This document shows positions 46,823 to 60,800 of a DNA stretch of 64,000 nt, piece after piece; the stretch's first letter is position 1; every line of letters starts with the position of its first letter. The notes under the pieces are model-generated. The model searched no databases. It was not told where the DNA came from and saw only the letters and a program-made list of their open reading frames with translations. The position numbers and the translations under genes are program-made. Location: contig JAUCBJ010006799.1 in assembly GCA_032718475.1 (NCBI GenBank), forward strand, positions 1 to 64,000, written 5' to 3'. The stretch is from Nemertoderma westbladi (Eukaryota; Animalia; Xenacoelomorpha).

Positions 46823-49153
46823 TGAATTAAATTATCACATGATACATTAAACTTGGAACTACAGAACTATGAAGCTGGATCTGGAAGGAGGGAAGACAGG
46901 AAGAAGAACCTTCTAAAAACTAAACTACCGACGGCTGGACGGTACGGATACGGAGTAACCCTGTCTGCCTGTAACCATATAAGACTGTAAGAGTACAGGA
47001 GTAGGCCTATCAGCCTATACCAGATGCCAGACAGCCACATACTGACATATGCATGCTAGGTGCTAGGCCTATTGCTGTACTGGTATTGTTATTACTAAAA
47101 CTGTTGCTAATGTTATTACAGCAGTACAGTGAACTGAACACGGACGTAGAAACCAGAAACGTAGGACGGAGAAACTGAGAAACCTGCTGCCAGGGCTGTA
47201 GGTGGTAGGGGCTGGTACTAACACTAAGCAGCAACCAATCACGTTAATCCTGTTTAACACAACAGACAGAGTCAATGAGAATGGAATATTGCTACAGTGC
47301 TAACATGAAAAAGTTCAGGTTACCTTTATTCCATATCTCAGTACAGCAGTATCTGTATTCACTAGGCCTATTATCACCCTACCCTTGCCAGCTTGCAGCC
47401 TTGCAGCCTTGTCTGTTTCATTAGGCCTATACAAGTTATATCGAAAGGAAAGCAGTCAGGCGTCAGGCAGAACAGTACAGCAGTAGGTACAGCAAATCAA
47501 ATTATTAAGAATTGAAGCAACAGTAATTATAGCCAAAGCCAATACAGGTACATACTGACATAATACTACTACTGTAATAGCAGGTTTTGTTAATTCAATA
47601 CTTTAAGCCTTAAAGTGGCCTTATTCTTTCTCATGGTACATAGTTACATGGGAGCAGTAATGCGACGATTAAAAAAGTAGTGGAATGTAATTTATGCGAG
47701 AAGAAGTACACAACCTGACAACAACCTCTGCATTATCGAGACACAAACAAAAAATTGATAAAGAAGTGAAGATTTTATTTATTCCACATTGGATAAAATT
47801 TGTACATACATGAAGGAGAACCGACAGCGAGACTAAACCATTTCCACGCTGTCCAGCCTGCCAGTGCCAGCACTGTTCTTTTTGCTACTCGCGTGTCGGG
47901 AATGCTACACAGACAACAGACAGACCTTGCTGCATGTAAACCAAATGAATGGATAGGATGTAGCGTTTGCATCCAATGGTGTAAAACACAACCGGCAACC
48001 ACTGCCGACAACAGCAAATATGAAAATGTAACCTGAGTTCGTAACTCTCGTTTATTGTTTTGGTTAGACTAACCTTCCACTGTAACCTCCCAGCAAAGTC
48101 ATAGCATGATAAGTCGCTGATAAATTGCTACTAATTTCGCCGGCTAATACCCTGCTAATTTCGCCGGATAAAAGCCGGCTTTTTGGTTCCAATGTTCTTA
48201 AAGGTTTCGAAGGGTGGATTTCGAAGAGAAATATCCATCGTTTAGTAGACTATTAGCCTTCGATTAGTAGTTTACGAAGCATATTCGAAGGATAATTCGA
48301 AGACAAAAATGCTTCGTTTAGTAGACTATTCGCCTGCGATTAGAAGTTTATTTAGCATTTTTCGAAGGATGATTTCGAAGATAAAAATGCTTCGTTTAGT
48401 AGACTATTAGCCTTCAATTAGAAGTTTACGAAGCATTTTCGAAGGATAATTTCATACATTATTAGAAGCATTTTCGAAGCATAAAAAATACTATTTTTCG
48501 AAGAAAAAAAATGTAACTGAAACAATCACTGGACCTGCCTGTGGATGCTTTGGTGAAGAGGGAGGGGGTATTAGCCTATACCTACTGTAGTAGCCTACCG
48601 TATCCTACCCTACACCCTACTTCCCTATCCTACAATACGTTATACACTTATTAATGGAAGCGGCTGAGTATATAGAGAAATATATAATCAATATATATTT
48701 GAGGGTATCTATGGAAACTTTAGGTGATAATCGAAAAATTTGAATTTGTTAGTTGAAATTTAAATAATTTCCCATATTGTCAGCCATATTAGATTATTCG
48801 TGTTGATGGATCTATGAAAATTAATTAAATTTAGATGCATTTAATTAATAATTATGCTTCTCTGATGACGAAAATATGCATTATTTGCCTGATAATTTAT
48901 CTTCGTTTTCGAAGACAATTATCAGCCATATATAAAGAATTGATAATATTTTACATAGTAATGGACCAAGCGGCTCGGCTGGTAAGGAAATGACCATATG
49001 CTGCGAATGCTCATCAGATTTACAAATCTGAAATTCCGGTTTCAAATTTCAGTTCCCAGTTACAGTACGAATTTAAATTCCCAGATACGAATTGTTCACA
49101 GTAGTAATAAGTCTTTCTTCTGGAAAGTGAATCTGAACCCTCAGTTACGTTCT

Positions 49154-49684
49154 AGGGCGGGCGTTCATAAAGTATGTCACGCAAATTTTCCCGATTTTTG
49201 ACCACCCCCCCCCCCCCCCACCCCGCTCTGTTTCAAAATGTCACGCAAGCTCGAGCCCCACCTCTCGCCCCTCTGTCTCATTGGTAAATTTGTAATACCC
49301 CCAAACAATACCCCGTCCCCCAAACAAGAAATATTTTATATCAATAATACACAATGTTTGTTATACCAAAATACAATATAAATTCAAGCACTATCTACAT
49401 TTCCCTTCCCCACTGACAAGTGAAGTGGCCATCTATAGGTTTCTATGTCCTCCTCAATTTATCGATTATACTCAATATTATTGAGTGTATTGTTGTCCTT
49501 AAAGTTACCCACTCATCTACACATATGTTTTAAGTCAAAGTCAAGCTAACATTAAAGCCTAGAACATCGCCGTAACCGTCACAAAAGTCCACACCCCCCC
49601 CCCCCCCCCCTGTCACAAAATGTCACGCAAGCTCGACCCCCCCCCCCCCCCCTAGTGCGTGACATACTTTATCGAACACCCCCT
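49154..49684. mobile_element. MITE (possibly PIF/Harbinger-like)
   Basis: Imperfect TIR aggg..gttcataaagtatgtcacgca / tgcgtgacatactttatcgaacaccccct. agttacgtt is present on both flanks. Confidence 0.6.
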
Positions 49685-51689
49685 AGTTACGTTTTTACAT
49701 CATGTTCTAGAACATGGTTTATTTATTAAATATAAAAATAGCCTTGCGCCGTGAAAAAACATTCAACATTCGAAAGCCCATATCTCAGCAACTGTATTTT
49801 CTAAATTTAAATTTTTTACATATTTGGAATCGTTGCATGGTCAGCTTTCCATCAGAACCAACAAATTAATATAAGGTTGAATAACTGAGATGGGACTGGT
49901 GATGATATCGCCGCCGGTGAAACTTTTTTCAAACGCTTGTTGCTAAAGAATAAAAAGCAAAAATACAAATTCTGTCTCAGTTACTACGGATGAGGGAGGT
50001 GAAACTACTGTAACTCTGTTTCATATCATGCTATTCATTTAAATTTGTATAAAAGTTAGGGAAGGGGGGGGGGGGGGGGGTGGGGGGGTATCATGTTTTT
50101 GAATTACGACACTAAATTACAACATTAAATTTAAAAGCATTCAATAATTATTTAATTCATTTTCTTAATCAAAGAGACCTTGGTGTAGTGGTTGCATTGA
50201 ATTCACATCTCTTGGAGGTCGTGGGTTCAGTGTTCAGTCTGAGATCTGACAGTGTGCTGCAGTATATGTATTCCAACGAAAAAATACGGTACGGGTCAGC
50301 AGGTACGGAACTTCCAACTGCGCTGCGATATGTTGTACTGTTAGTTACATGTGTACATGTGCTGATGTGCGACGTGCTGATTGTACAGGCTGACCGGGGT
50401 GCATGATAGCAAGAAAATATCTGAATATTAAAATGTTAAATACTGTATTAAAACTTGTATATTAAAAAAAAGATTAAAAATAATTATTAATTAAGAATAA
50501 ATTTTATACAGTATAGAGCAGTAGAGTAAATAGTTTCTGTATCGTTATACTGTAGTATAAAAGGTATATTTTTTAAAACTTTCAGTTTCGGATATAGTAC
50601 ACGTATTAATACTGAAAAAATATGTGCTTTGTTTGTCCCCAGGATTTCCCTGACTGCCTGAAAGACATACTGTAGTCAGATACTGTAGTCTCGTTTTTAC
50701 AGGTGTCTGGCATTCTGACAGTAACATACTGTAGGGCAGTATGGACCTATGGTTCCTTTCCCTCAATTAATAAATAACATTAATCTGTTAATTAGCTTTA
50801 ATAATGGTTGTCCAGTTGTCGGCGTTGGTTGTCGGCGTTACGGGGTAGCATCTCACCCCCTATGGAATACTGACAAAAAGCGCGCCACACGCGTTCTGGT
50901 TAAACGAAAATCGCGCCAGCCATCCTGCCATCATATCCAATGCGCGCCAAGCCAACAACAACAATTGACTAGGCCTATGCAATTTTGCAGTAATTGCTGA
51001 ATTGTAATAATTTATCAGTTTATGATGCTGTAGCCCTACAGTATTCTATTCTAACATTAAAATGCGAGCGTAGGGAGCAAGGAAATTTACCAATTATGTT
51101 AACATAAATACAGTCTGACAGTAATAGTCCAGATAGTACTGTAGTAGTAGTAGTAGGTCAACGTCAACTGATTGTTTTTAAATGTAGATGTGATCAAGAT
51201 GCGAGCGTAGCGAGCACGAAAATTTTAACATTTCAGCATTTAGAGTAGGCAAACCGACTGTTTTCAAATGCAGATGTCATTAAATTGCGAGCTGGCGAGC
51301 GTAGCGAGCACGGAAATTCTGCTGAATCATGCAGGATGTCATGGTTTTATTGGTTTGAAGAATCTGATCTGACAATTGAAAAACCTTTGAAACAAGAAGT
51401 CATGTCTTTCAGTCTTTAATGGTCATGCTCAATCTGTCCGTTTCCATTTGTCTTTGTCCACAGCCAGACAGTGCTAAGAGTAGGTTTACAGTATAAACGC
51501 GAGCGGACAACAATCTTTTTAAACCTATGGAAGAATTTCAAATAGACAGTGGAGTGGGATGTGTTGCCAGTGCACTGCTACGCTACCTCCTAACCTAACC
51601 CTACATCCATATTCGCGCCAGGACCGCCAGGATCCTCAATGCGCGCCACACGCCCCTGTCACTACGCGCCAGGATTCTTAATTTGTCAG

Positions 51690-53400
51690 GTCAGGTATTC
51701 TAGGTCATTGATCAAGAAAACTTGCCACCTCCATGCAGCATAAAGGAGGTGCCACCTGTAGCTGCATAGACCCTCTTACTAGGGCAAATCTGGTCCAGTA
51801 ACTAGGACCCCCTTCGTTCTGGGATAAGGACGCCCTTGGTCCTGGATTAAGGACCCATATACTTGGCTGCAGGGGTATATGGCCTGACCAGGCAGATGGT
51901 GATCTACCAATGGCTGGTCAGGAGTATAATGTTCTCATGTCCACTCTGAGAGCACTTCACTGCGACCTGCATCTGGCAGCAAGGGAACAGGGCATGACCC
52001 AGCAGATGAGCTGCAACAGCCAATGGTGGGTCATGTACGCCAGAGTAGATATGGGTGATGGGCCTCATATCTGACTCCATTGCGACACCCACCCTGTGGA
52101 ATGGCAAACCAGGGTGTGGTATTTGCCCCGAGAGCTGACTCGGCAAAAAAGCACCCCCCAACCCCCACTATGGATTACATTAGCAATGTGGAGGTCCGGC
52201 CACTAGAGGCCAGTGGAATTACTGGACACAATCGGCCTCACAGGCGTCAGTTAACTCCTGACCGGCTGCCTGTCTCACCCCCTACTGGAGAGAGAGCAGC
52301 CAACAATTCTTTGAGTCCCTTTCCTGATGACCATTCTGGCCCAAACCCTGGGTCACCAGGGAGGCCAGATTGTGATGGGGAGAGGGAATCTGGAGTTGGA
52401 GGCTACTCTCATGTTCCACCCCGACCAACAAAGCCATTGGTGAATCTGAGGCAAGTCACTAGACTAGCCTCAGTAAACACCCTAACACTCGGGTCCCCAA
52501 TGCGACAGCAGATAAGCTTTCTCTTAGCGCAGTGGGTGTTCAAGAGCACCGAATGCAGACTGGACAGACTGATGAGGTTCTGATTAAGGACATGGGGGGC
52601 AGTTGGCGACTCGCCCTCGCGTCAGCAGATGAAAGTGGCAATGGTGGAATTGGTCTATTGATGAATCCAACTGCACATGCAGCATTGGACAAAATAGAAC
52701 AAATCTCTAACCGCATCATCCGTTGCCACTTCTCATGTTCTGGAAGACTGGCTAAGAAGTTTCCTAAGGTGGTTCTGATTGTGTGCTACTCTCCAACTAG
52801 TGTTGCCCCTGTAGAGGAGGTGGAAAATTTCTACCACAATCTACAAGCAGCTACTGATGGAGTGGATCAGCATGCATTCTTAACATTCCTGGGAGACTTT
52901 AATGCAAGTCTGCATCAATCACCTACATCGCCCTGGTTCTATAGCAAGAGTGTTAACCGAAATTCTGTCCATCTTCAGGATTTTATCTCTGGAAATGGAT
53001 TGTTTTCGGCTGGAACCCAGTTCAAGAAGCGAACTGGAAAGCTATGGCAGTTAAGGATGCATCTAGTTTCCTGAACAGGCAGTACTCTGTTAATCTACAG
53101 GAGCTAATAAACCAACAGGTTGATGCCATCAATGATGCTGACGACAGCAGGCAATCATCCCAGGCATGGAAATCGATCAATTTGCTTACTGGGCGGAAAA
53201 GCCAACCAACCACCAAGGTTAAGGCTGAATCACCAGCTGATCGCATCAATGGTCGGAAAGCCCACTTTGAAAAGCTCCTCAATAATGACAGGGTATTGCC
53301 TGATAACTTTATAGAAGTAAAAGTGTCTGAGTCTGTACTCCCAGATATTCCCATTGGCGATATCTCCTTTGCAGATGATCCGATGACGAAATCTGTCAGC
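51690..53400 (+). mobile_element. 5' portion of an RTE-clade LINE (5' UTR plus APE endonuclease), internally deleted
   Basis: LASVNTLTL, GVQEHR, GNGGIGLLM, ISNRIIRC, VCYSPT, LGDFNA, then QAWKSIN..GRK..HFEKLLN, as is typical of the RTE ORF. Frameshifts are present. Confidence 0.8.
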
Positions 53401-53606
53401 TGATTTACTGTACACGTCGAGCCTCTCTTTGTTCAGAAGTTTCAGACTTTAGCCCAACATTAGACAGCTTTGATTATAAGAACGTAAATCTATTACCAAA
53501 CCAACCTGGTCACACATCTGACCTGGAACATTGCTGTATAATAAAACTGCAACTGCGGTACCGACATACTGACTTTCACCGCATTATTTTACTTCTGTTT
53601 ACTGTC

Positions 53607-53825
53607 TGTGGGGCGAGCCACGAAGTGAGTGAGCCTTAGCGTAGGGGTACCATTAATCAACCTGTCGTTCTGTCGTTCTGTCGCGTTTTTTTTCAGTATT
53701 TTATTTTAAACGTTAATAACTCGGCCAATCCTTGATGAAATCTATCCAAACTTGGTACACATGTTGTTTGGCAAAAGTTTGAAAATTTTCCAAGTAGAAT
53801 TTGCGTGGGGCCTTCGTGCAGCATC
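53607..53825 (+). mobile_element. Helentron-associated (DINE/HINE-like) non-autonomous element
   Basis: tgtggggcgagccacgaag terminus, ctgtcgttctgtc microsatellite and aaacttggtacacatg block. Homologous to 24077-24362. Related hairpin ends occur at ~3255-3320 and ~55160-55217. Confidence 0.5.
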
Positions 53826-54483
53826 AGTGTAACTGTTATTGCAGTTATAATAAATTTATTTATCCAAATTTAAAATGCGTTAAATTATTATTACTGTAGG
53901 ATAAATCAGCTGGGTTTCTGACAAATTTTGCAATACATTTGGGGCTGTCTGCATGTACCATGTGTACCGGTACTGTCAGGCTGTACTCAATCCCTGAATC
54001 GAGAATCCTGCAATCAGTCAATACTGCAATACTGGTCAGCCGGTACCATACACTGCAGACATGCCATATCATGTAATCTAATTAAACATGGCCCTGGCAA
54101 CCCTTGCGGTGATTATAGTTTAGGCCTAATAGCCCAGTACCGGCACCGGTCTGCCGGTAATAATAATATAATAGTTTAGATAGTTACCACTAATCATTCA
54201 GTCATTGGCACGGTACACCGTATTGCTGTACTGCCGTTGTAGTGCGCACCGTAGGTACCACCCTACTACCGGTACCGGCTGACCAGTGGCAACTAGCACT
54301 TCAGCACACTTGCACAGCACTACCGGCGATACACAGGTTGGAATTTATGTAGAGTTTGCTCAACAGTACAGATATAAAATAGTTATCTAAATTATATATA
54401 TTACTATTGACAAGTATTGAAATATATACCGTTATTCGTGTTATCAGTATTTGCAACATCTGACATTGAAGAGGTGAGAGAAG

Positions 54484-54830
54484 ATGAATACCGGCACTCA
54501 ACAAAACCAACGCTTATTACAGGTCAGTATGATTACCTCGAAACCGGCGCGACTGTCCACTCGAATACAACTCCAAAACACAAACGCCAACAATAAACTG
54601 AAAGCGAATCGAACGTCTTCAGAAGAATCTGTCATTGGGACGAAGAAAAGGGAGCCGAAACCACGGGAATGGACCACAGCTAAGATTGAATGCTCCCATT
54701 GTCAGAGTTCCTGGACCGAAATTGAAACACCAATTGCCGATGGGCTTGATATCTCAAACCAAAACTTCCTCTGCGGGGTTTGCGTGGCAGTAAAGATTGA
54801 AAGTCTGGAAGCTGGCATCCCTAGGTATTA
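54484..54830 (+). pseudogene. Possible LINE ORF1 zinc-finger fragment
   Basis: IECSHCQSSW...FLCGVC..KIESLE resembles the CxxC..CxxC plus leucine-zipper region of CR1/L2 ORF1 proteins. No linked RT was seen. Confidence 0.35.
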
Positions 54831-55221
54831 TTATTATAAAGAGCGTCAGCCTGCGTTTAATAAATATATTTTAATACAAAACAGGTCGAACGCAAAGAGG
54901 CTTATAATGAAGACGAGTACTGCATTGATTATATTCCTATAAACCACCTGGCTTTGCATATTGAATGTGCGTTTGGAAATAAGTTTGTGCTACCCTTCCG
55001 TGGGTGGTAGATGTTGCGGTTATGTATTGGGAGGAGGGAGGGGGGGGGGGGGGGGGTGCAGATTAAAAGGGGTGAACATGTACTGTCCCCCTTTCTTTGA
55101 TTAATTGGTGGTGTGGGTTAATCTCTCATAACCTGATTTTGTGATACATTCGCACAATTTTAATTTGTATCTCATAACTGGGCCTCGTGCTGCGCGAAGG
55201 CCCCACGAACGTGTTAGTAAT

Positions 55222-55870
55222 TGTTATATGTTGATGGATATGTTGTTATATTTGGAGAATACCGATAAATAATCATAAAACCCCCAATCTTCTTGATTAC
55301 TAAAGGTAAGAGGGACCGGTTACTGGTAGCAATTGCGACTTACATTATAGTGGTTTTAGTGTGAATTAAATGCTATTTCATAATCCCTACATGTGTCAGT
55401 TGCTATCCTCCTTATATATGGTCAAATTCAGTGACGGTCGGCAGATCAGTGTGCAGCAGTGTAAAGTCGTATGCAGCAGTGTGACAGATAATAAAGCATC
55501 TCCTAAAGAATGCGCTATTTACGAAAATCAGTAGCCACCCCGTTGTGTTTAGTATAAGTCATAACTCTGTTTTTATACTTAGAGCGCCACGTCCTAAAGG
55601 AACTGTTAATATTTCCCCGAAAGTGAATAATATTGTCAGAGATTATATAGTAACGATCAATCGAATAATATCGTAGGTCTGCACCGCAATCCCTTCAAAG
55701 CATCCGAATCCAGTCTCCCTTAACAGTGGGTGAATGATCGCGCATAGACTGGCTTCGGCTAATGTTACATCATGTGCACTAAATACTTGTTATAAGCTAA
55801 AGTCGATTTATAAACAAGAGGACACCTAAAATTGGCAGGTTAAACTGCTAAAGGTCTGAAAGCGCGAACA
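55222..55870 (+). repeat. LTR (649 bp, TGTT...AACA) at the start of the second BEL element
   Basis: Canonical TGTT/AACA ends, with TATA-like and AATAAA motifs inside. Homologous to 1-336. The left boundary is slightly uncertain because several TGTT motifs lie nearby. Confidence 0.75.
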
Positions 55871-57837
55871 GTAATAGATTTTCAAACTTTAGAAACAAAA
55901 ATATTTTGTCTACTGTTCTGGTAAGAACAGTAATAGATTTTAGTTTCTGATTGCACGTAGGCAATAAATTCAAATGTACCGGTCGGACGGTAACCTGTAG
56001 GCCTAACTACCTAACCATCCGAACAGGTACTTACCGGTACCAGTATTATTTCGATTGTGATATTGTATATTGATAGGCTGTTTAAGAGATTAGGGACTGT
56101 ACACCCCTTGTTTCTTTTAGAGCTTATTTATTTCTGTCAGTTTTATTTATCTGTAAGTGTAATATTAAGCAGAAGGCGTGTAAGCCTGCTCAGATTGTAC
56201 AAATAATTTGTAGGCTGGATTGTTGTCTGACTGTTGTTGAGTCTGAAGCGATTGCAGTGTATGTAGAGTGTATGTCCGATAAAGTACTAGTTAGGAAAGT
56301 GGGGGCATCCAGTGCTGTAAGGTAAATCCCCCCGAAAGAATAAGTCGTACTACTCAGTTAGAACGCATACTAACTAACCATTTCAGAGTCTGCATATACT
56401 GTAGTTTATTTAGGCTTGATAGTAGTCTGCCAGCGTTTGGTCTGTATTTTGTTTGTGTAGTCTGCACGACGGGTAGCGTATTTATTTATTATTCAGAGTC
56501 TATGCGAGTATTCGCAACCTACATACCCTAAGTTTATTCCTACAGTAATTGTGCTTGTTATACATACCGTTATAGTTAAATTAACCCCGGTACTACATCA
56601 GGGCTGCTTGGCGTAGGTAAAGACTGGTGATTTTATGCTCTAGTCACTCCAGCAGATACCATGGTTCTTTTGGCTGTACAAGTATATTTAACTGCTGGTT
56701 ATTTGTTGTATAAGTAATTGTACCTAATTTAGGGTTTAGTGTACAGTGCTTTCCGTAAGTAATTAGTGTATAGGCAGTATATTTGTGTTGTAAAGTGGTT
56801 AATAGGCACATTAGCTCTGGTTGGCTGCAGTAATTAACTTCTAGGTAAGGACACTCCGGGTACATAACGTAGTACTTATAGAGCTGTAGAGCTAAAGACT
56901 ATAAGTCGTCAGACGGTGGTATTTTCTTATCTAGACAACGCAATTTATTTACTACTGCTTAATTATTTTCAAATACCGTAGTATCCTGTCCGTTTGTAAT
57001 AACCAGAAATTCTAACCCCTTGTTAGGCTGGTTTGTAGATTTCCTGTAAAATTACCCTAAAATTTCTACGTGTAACTTTTGGTGTTTATTTAGAAATTGT
57101 AATCCTACACAGTAATTGTACGTAATTTGTAGTAATAAGTAACTTAGTAAAGTATAATTATTCGTTTTAGTATCCAACAAGTAGCACTTCACTGAGAGCG
57201 TTCAGCTTCTGTGCAGTGGCTCCTTACCCAGAAATAATAACATTTATTTCAAATATTGTCAAAACCCATTATACGGGTATATATATATTATAAATCAACT
57301 CAAATCGATTTATAAAATAGTAGGTCTGTCATACATCAATTAGGTCTTAATATCAGTTGAACTACTGCTTGATAACAGTAATAAAGTAAAGGAAAGTAAT
57401 CCTAAAATTCAGAAATTTAGGCATCGTAAAATAATTGACATTACCGGTATTTCCGATAGGCTTATTCTATTTATTTCTATAAATTAAGCTGAAATTATAT
57501 ACCGGTATTCTGTAATTAATTCTAGTCTATAATCATACTTATATATACTATAAGTGTATGCTGTATACCGGTATTTACGGTAGGCTTATTATATATATTT
57601 CTATATATTTATGCTTAAATTATATACCGGTATTCTGTGACTAATCAGTCCTAGTCTGTAATAATACTTATATATATTATAAGTGTATACCGGTATCCTA
57701 ATATATTATATATATATATCGCGTTACATTGAGTAACGATATCGGTAATTAATTACTAGGCTTGCAGTTGATACTGAATTACTAGACTTGCTTTAACTGT
57801 CGTTTATAGTAGTAGGCATTCAACTGTACAATCAAAC

Positions 57838-60800
57838 ATGGCTGACACAAAGCAAACTCTGTCAGATAGTCTCCTAGAAAGAACAGTCTGCGACTCCGAC
57901 AGGAGTGCCGAACATTTGAGACCAAAGTCCAAGTCCCCTCCTACTGTAAGAAAAGCCATCCCTCCAGTAGTAGTATCAGATCCTAGGCTAGTAAAGCACC
58001 GTAGGTCTATCATAGGCACTCTGGCTCAAGTCAAGCGGGACCAATAGGCATCTGTTAAACAGCAGCAACACCCAAACCGAGAACTTATTTCTCAGCGGCC
58101 CGATAGCTCCAGTAGTTCAGATACTGTAGAGTTGACACCCGAGCGCGGAGCAAAGATGGCAGAAGCAGTTTATTCAGATCCACTTCTCATTCTTCCTGAA
58201 GCCGTACTCACTAGGGTATTGATTGCGGTGGAGGAACATCAAATCGATTGGGCGAGAAGTAAACGATCGACCAAGGACAGTTATGCGGGATACACGAAGG
58301 AGGAAGTGAAGTCTATTGTCGAGACGCAATGGAACTTCCCCGGACCCGGACTCCCGTTTAACTTATCGGAAGCTGCCTGGGAGGACTTATACAGGATGGG
58401 AGTGGTAGAGGACACTAGAGATCCAGCTGTGTGGAAGAGGTCAGCAGCAGGATATGTACAGGGATTATTCCGCTCTTTGGAACGATTAGAGGAACAACTG
58501 TTTCAACAACCCGAAGGACCTCAAGAGCAGGGAGAGCTGCTTTATCAAGTTCGAGAACGAATCCTAAGAATCAGACTAATCCTTTCAGCCTTTGAGGAAG
58601 CTTCGAAGTGAAGCCAAGACACGTCGTTGCAAGTCGCCGTAAAGACTTGGTTCCAACGGGTGAGTCTTAAAGTCCAAGGAACAACCCAATGGAAAATTCA
58701 GCTAACTGAGCGCGCGATCCATGGAGAATCAACAGACACTACCTTTTCTCAGGTGGAAAGCGACGTTACATCAGAGAAACCTCAGAAGAAGGACGCTATT
58801 GACATCTATCTGTCGGACTATCATCGATTTATAGGTGACAAAGAGTTGAGGAGACGGCTAGCTGGACTTCACCCTACTAGTGAGGGAGCCAAGTTTGTGT
58901 TGGACTCATTAGATGCGGAAATGTTAGCTGCGGACCAGGCTAAATTTGATGAAAGCATCCGCATCGCTAGGGTCCAAGAAGAACAGTTAAAGAAAAAACG
59001 TATAGAAGACCGAAAGGCAGCAGCAGCGGCAGCGGCAGAAGTTAAAAGAAAAGCGGCAGCGGCAGCGGCAGAAGCGGAAAGAAAAGAGACAGAAGCTGAA
59101 GGAAAAGCTGCAGTGGCAGAGGCTGAAGGAAAAGCTGCAGTGGCAGAGGCAGAAAGAAAAGCGGCAGTGGCAGTGGCAGAAAGAAAAGCGGCAGTGGCAG
59201 AAGCAGAAAGAAAAGCGGCAGCGCAGAAGTGGAAAGAAAAGCGGCAGCGGCAGAAGCGGAAAGAAAAGCGGCAGAGGCAGTGGTAGAAGCAGAACGGAAA
59301 GCCTCTGAAGAGACAACCCAACTAGAGTTGGAAAATCTTCAAGAGAAGCAAGACTACTTCAATAAACAGAGAACAGCTAGTCAGTGGCAGATGATAAGTC
59401 GATCCACTCCCAAGAGACAGGGATTTACATCATCCGATGAAGGCGATACAACAGATCCTGAAGGCGGAGGAAATAGATCTCGTTCCAGCAGACGTAGAAG
59501 AATGCCCCACCGTCAGAAATTGCCTAATTTGCCCCCAGCTGTGAGAAGGCAACTAGCTAGTGTAGACTTAGGTAGTACAGAACCCACAGACCAAATTATT
59601 AGATTTGAAAGACTCCCTACTATAGTAGATGAGTCTGAAATAATTGGGCCTGTTCTCGAAGCCACCCCTTCTGTGATAGAGACCCCTGTACCTCCAGAAC
59701 CTAACTCTAAATTCCCTTTGCACAGTACTAAACTACCTGTGCCCAGTAGAATAGTCCCTGAATTCCCCCCGGTCCTGGACGCCGAGCAAGACATCAACGA
59801 TTTGTCGCCCGTCTGCCCGCTACTATGTTGGCGGCTCCCGCTTCGGCGGTAGAGTGGGTGGATGAGCGACGGCGGGGGATGGATCTCCTGCTTGGACAAA
59901 TGGAGGAACATCGGGCACGTTCCTCCCAACAGGTCCGGGAGTTGGAAGGGACTGTTCAGCAGTTAAAGGGAACAGTAAGAGAGGGTAGGTTAGAACTGCA
60001 AGAACTGCAGCAGAGTATCGCGTTAGAACGCGATAAATTAGTAAATATACAAAGGGGTATACCACCACCCCCTGTAACAATGTGTCAACCTGTTAGGTCT
60101 GAAGTATTTCATGCGCAAGGTGTGGAGCCTATACGCATCTATACTGCTAGTGAAGTAGAAACTCCTATAGTAAACCCTATCAAGGATAATTATAAACCTG
60201 TTGATAATGATATTCCATATAGACCTGATCATAATCCGAGAAATTTATATACCGATAACTCGATATTAAATAATACGATGGCCCAAGAAAGTTTTACGCG
60301 TCAAATGGCTAGAACCGAAGCCCGTCAAGCGGTAAAGGTGGGAGAGATCATCAAGTTCAATGGAGATGAGATGAAATGGTTACCTTTTAATGAATATTAC
60401 AAAGATAACATACAGAACTCTGTACTATCTAACGGAGAGAAACTTAGATTCCTCATCGAGTGCTTGGAAGGACCTCCCAAGTTAATGGCATTAAAGTTTA
60501 TTGGACATCCAGATGGATTAAGACAAGTTTAGGATACACTAAACATCAGGTATGGTAATAGGACTAACATAGCTAGGTATTTGTATGCGAAATTAGTAGC
60601 GCCCCGAAAGTTCCTTAGCAGCGGGATTATAGAGTTTTCCGATGAGATTCAGGAGATCTGTAGACAACTAGATTGGTTAGGTAAGTCTCATGAATATCAG
60701 AGTTCCATGGTTATTGGAGCTGTAGCATCTACTTTGCCAAAGGGTGGAGTAGGTACTCGTTGGGACAAAAGAGTTCTCTATATGATGGACCAGCAACAAA

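Noticed and set aside
50178-50232. tRNA-like fragment (tggtgtagtggtt...gtgggttca); similar traces at ~27761 and ~48963
   Set aside because: Degenerate with no cloverleaf. Most likely old SINE heads, too weak to annotate.
1-55870. LTRs at 1-336 and 55222-55870 as the two ends of one giant element
   Set aside because: They are clearly diverged, host genes lie between them, and gag-pol follows the second LTR rather than lying between the two.
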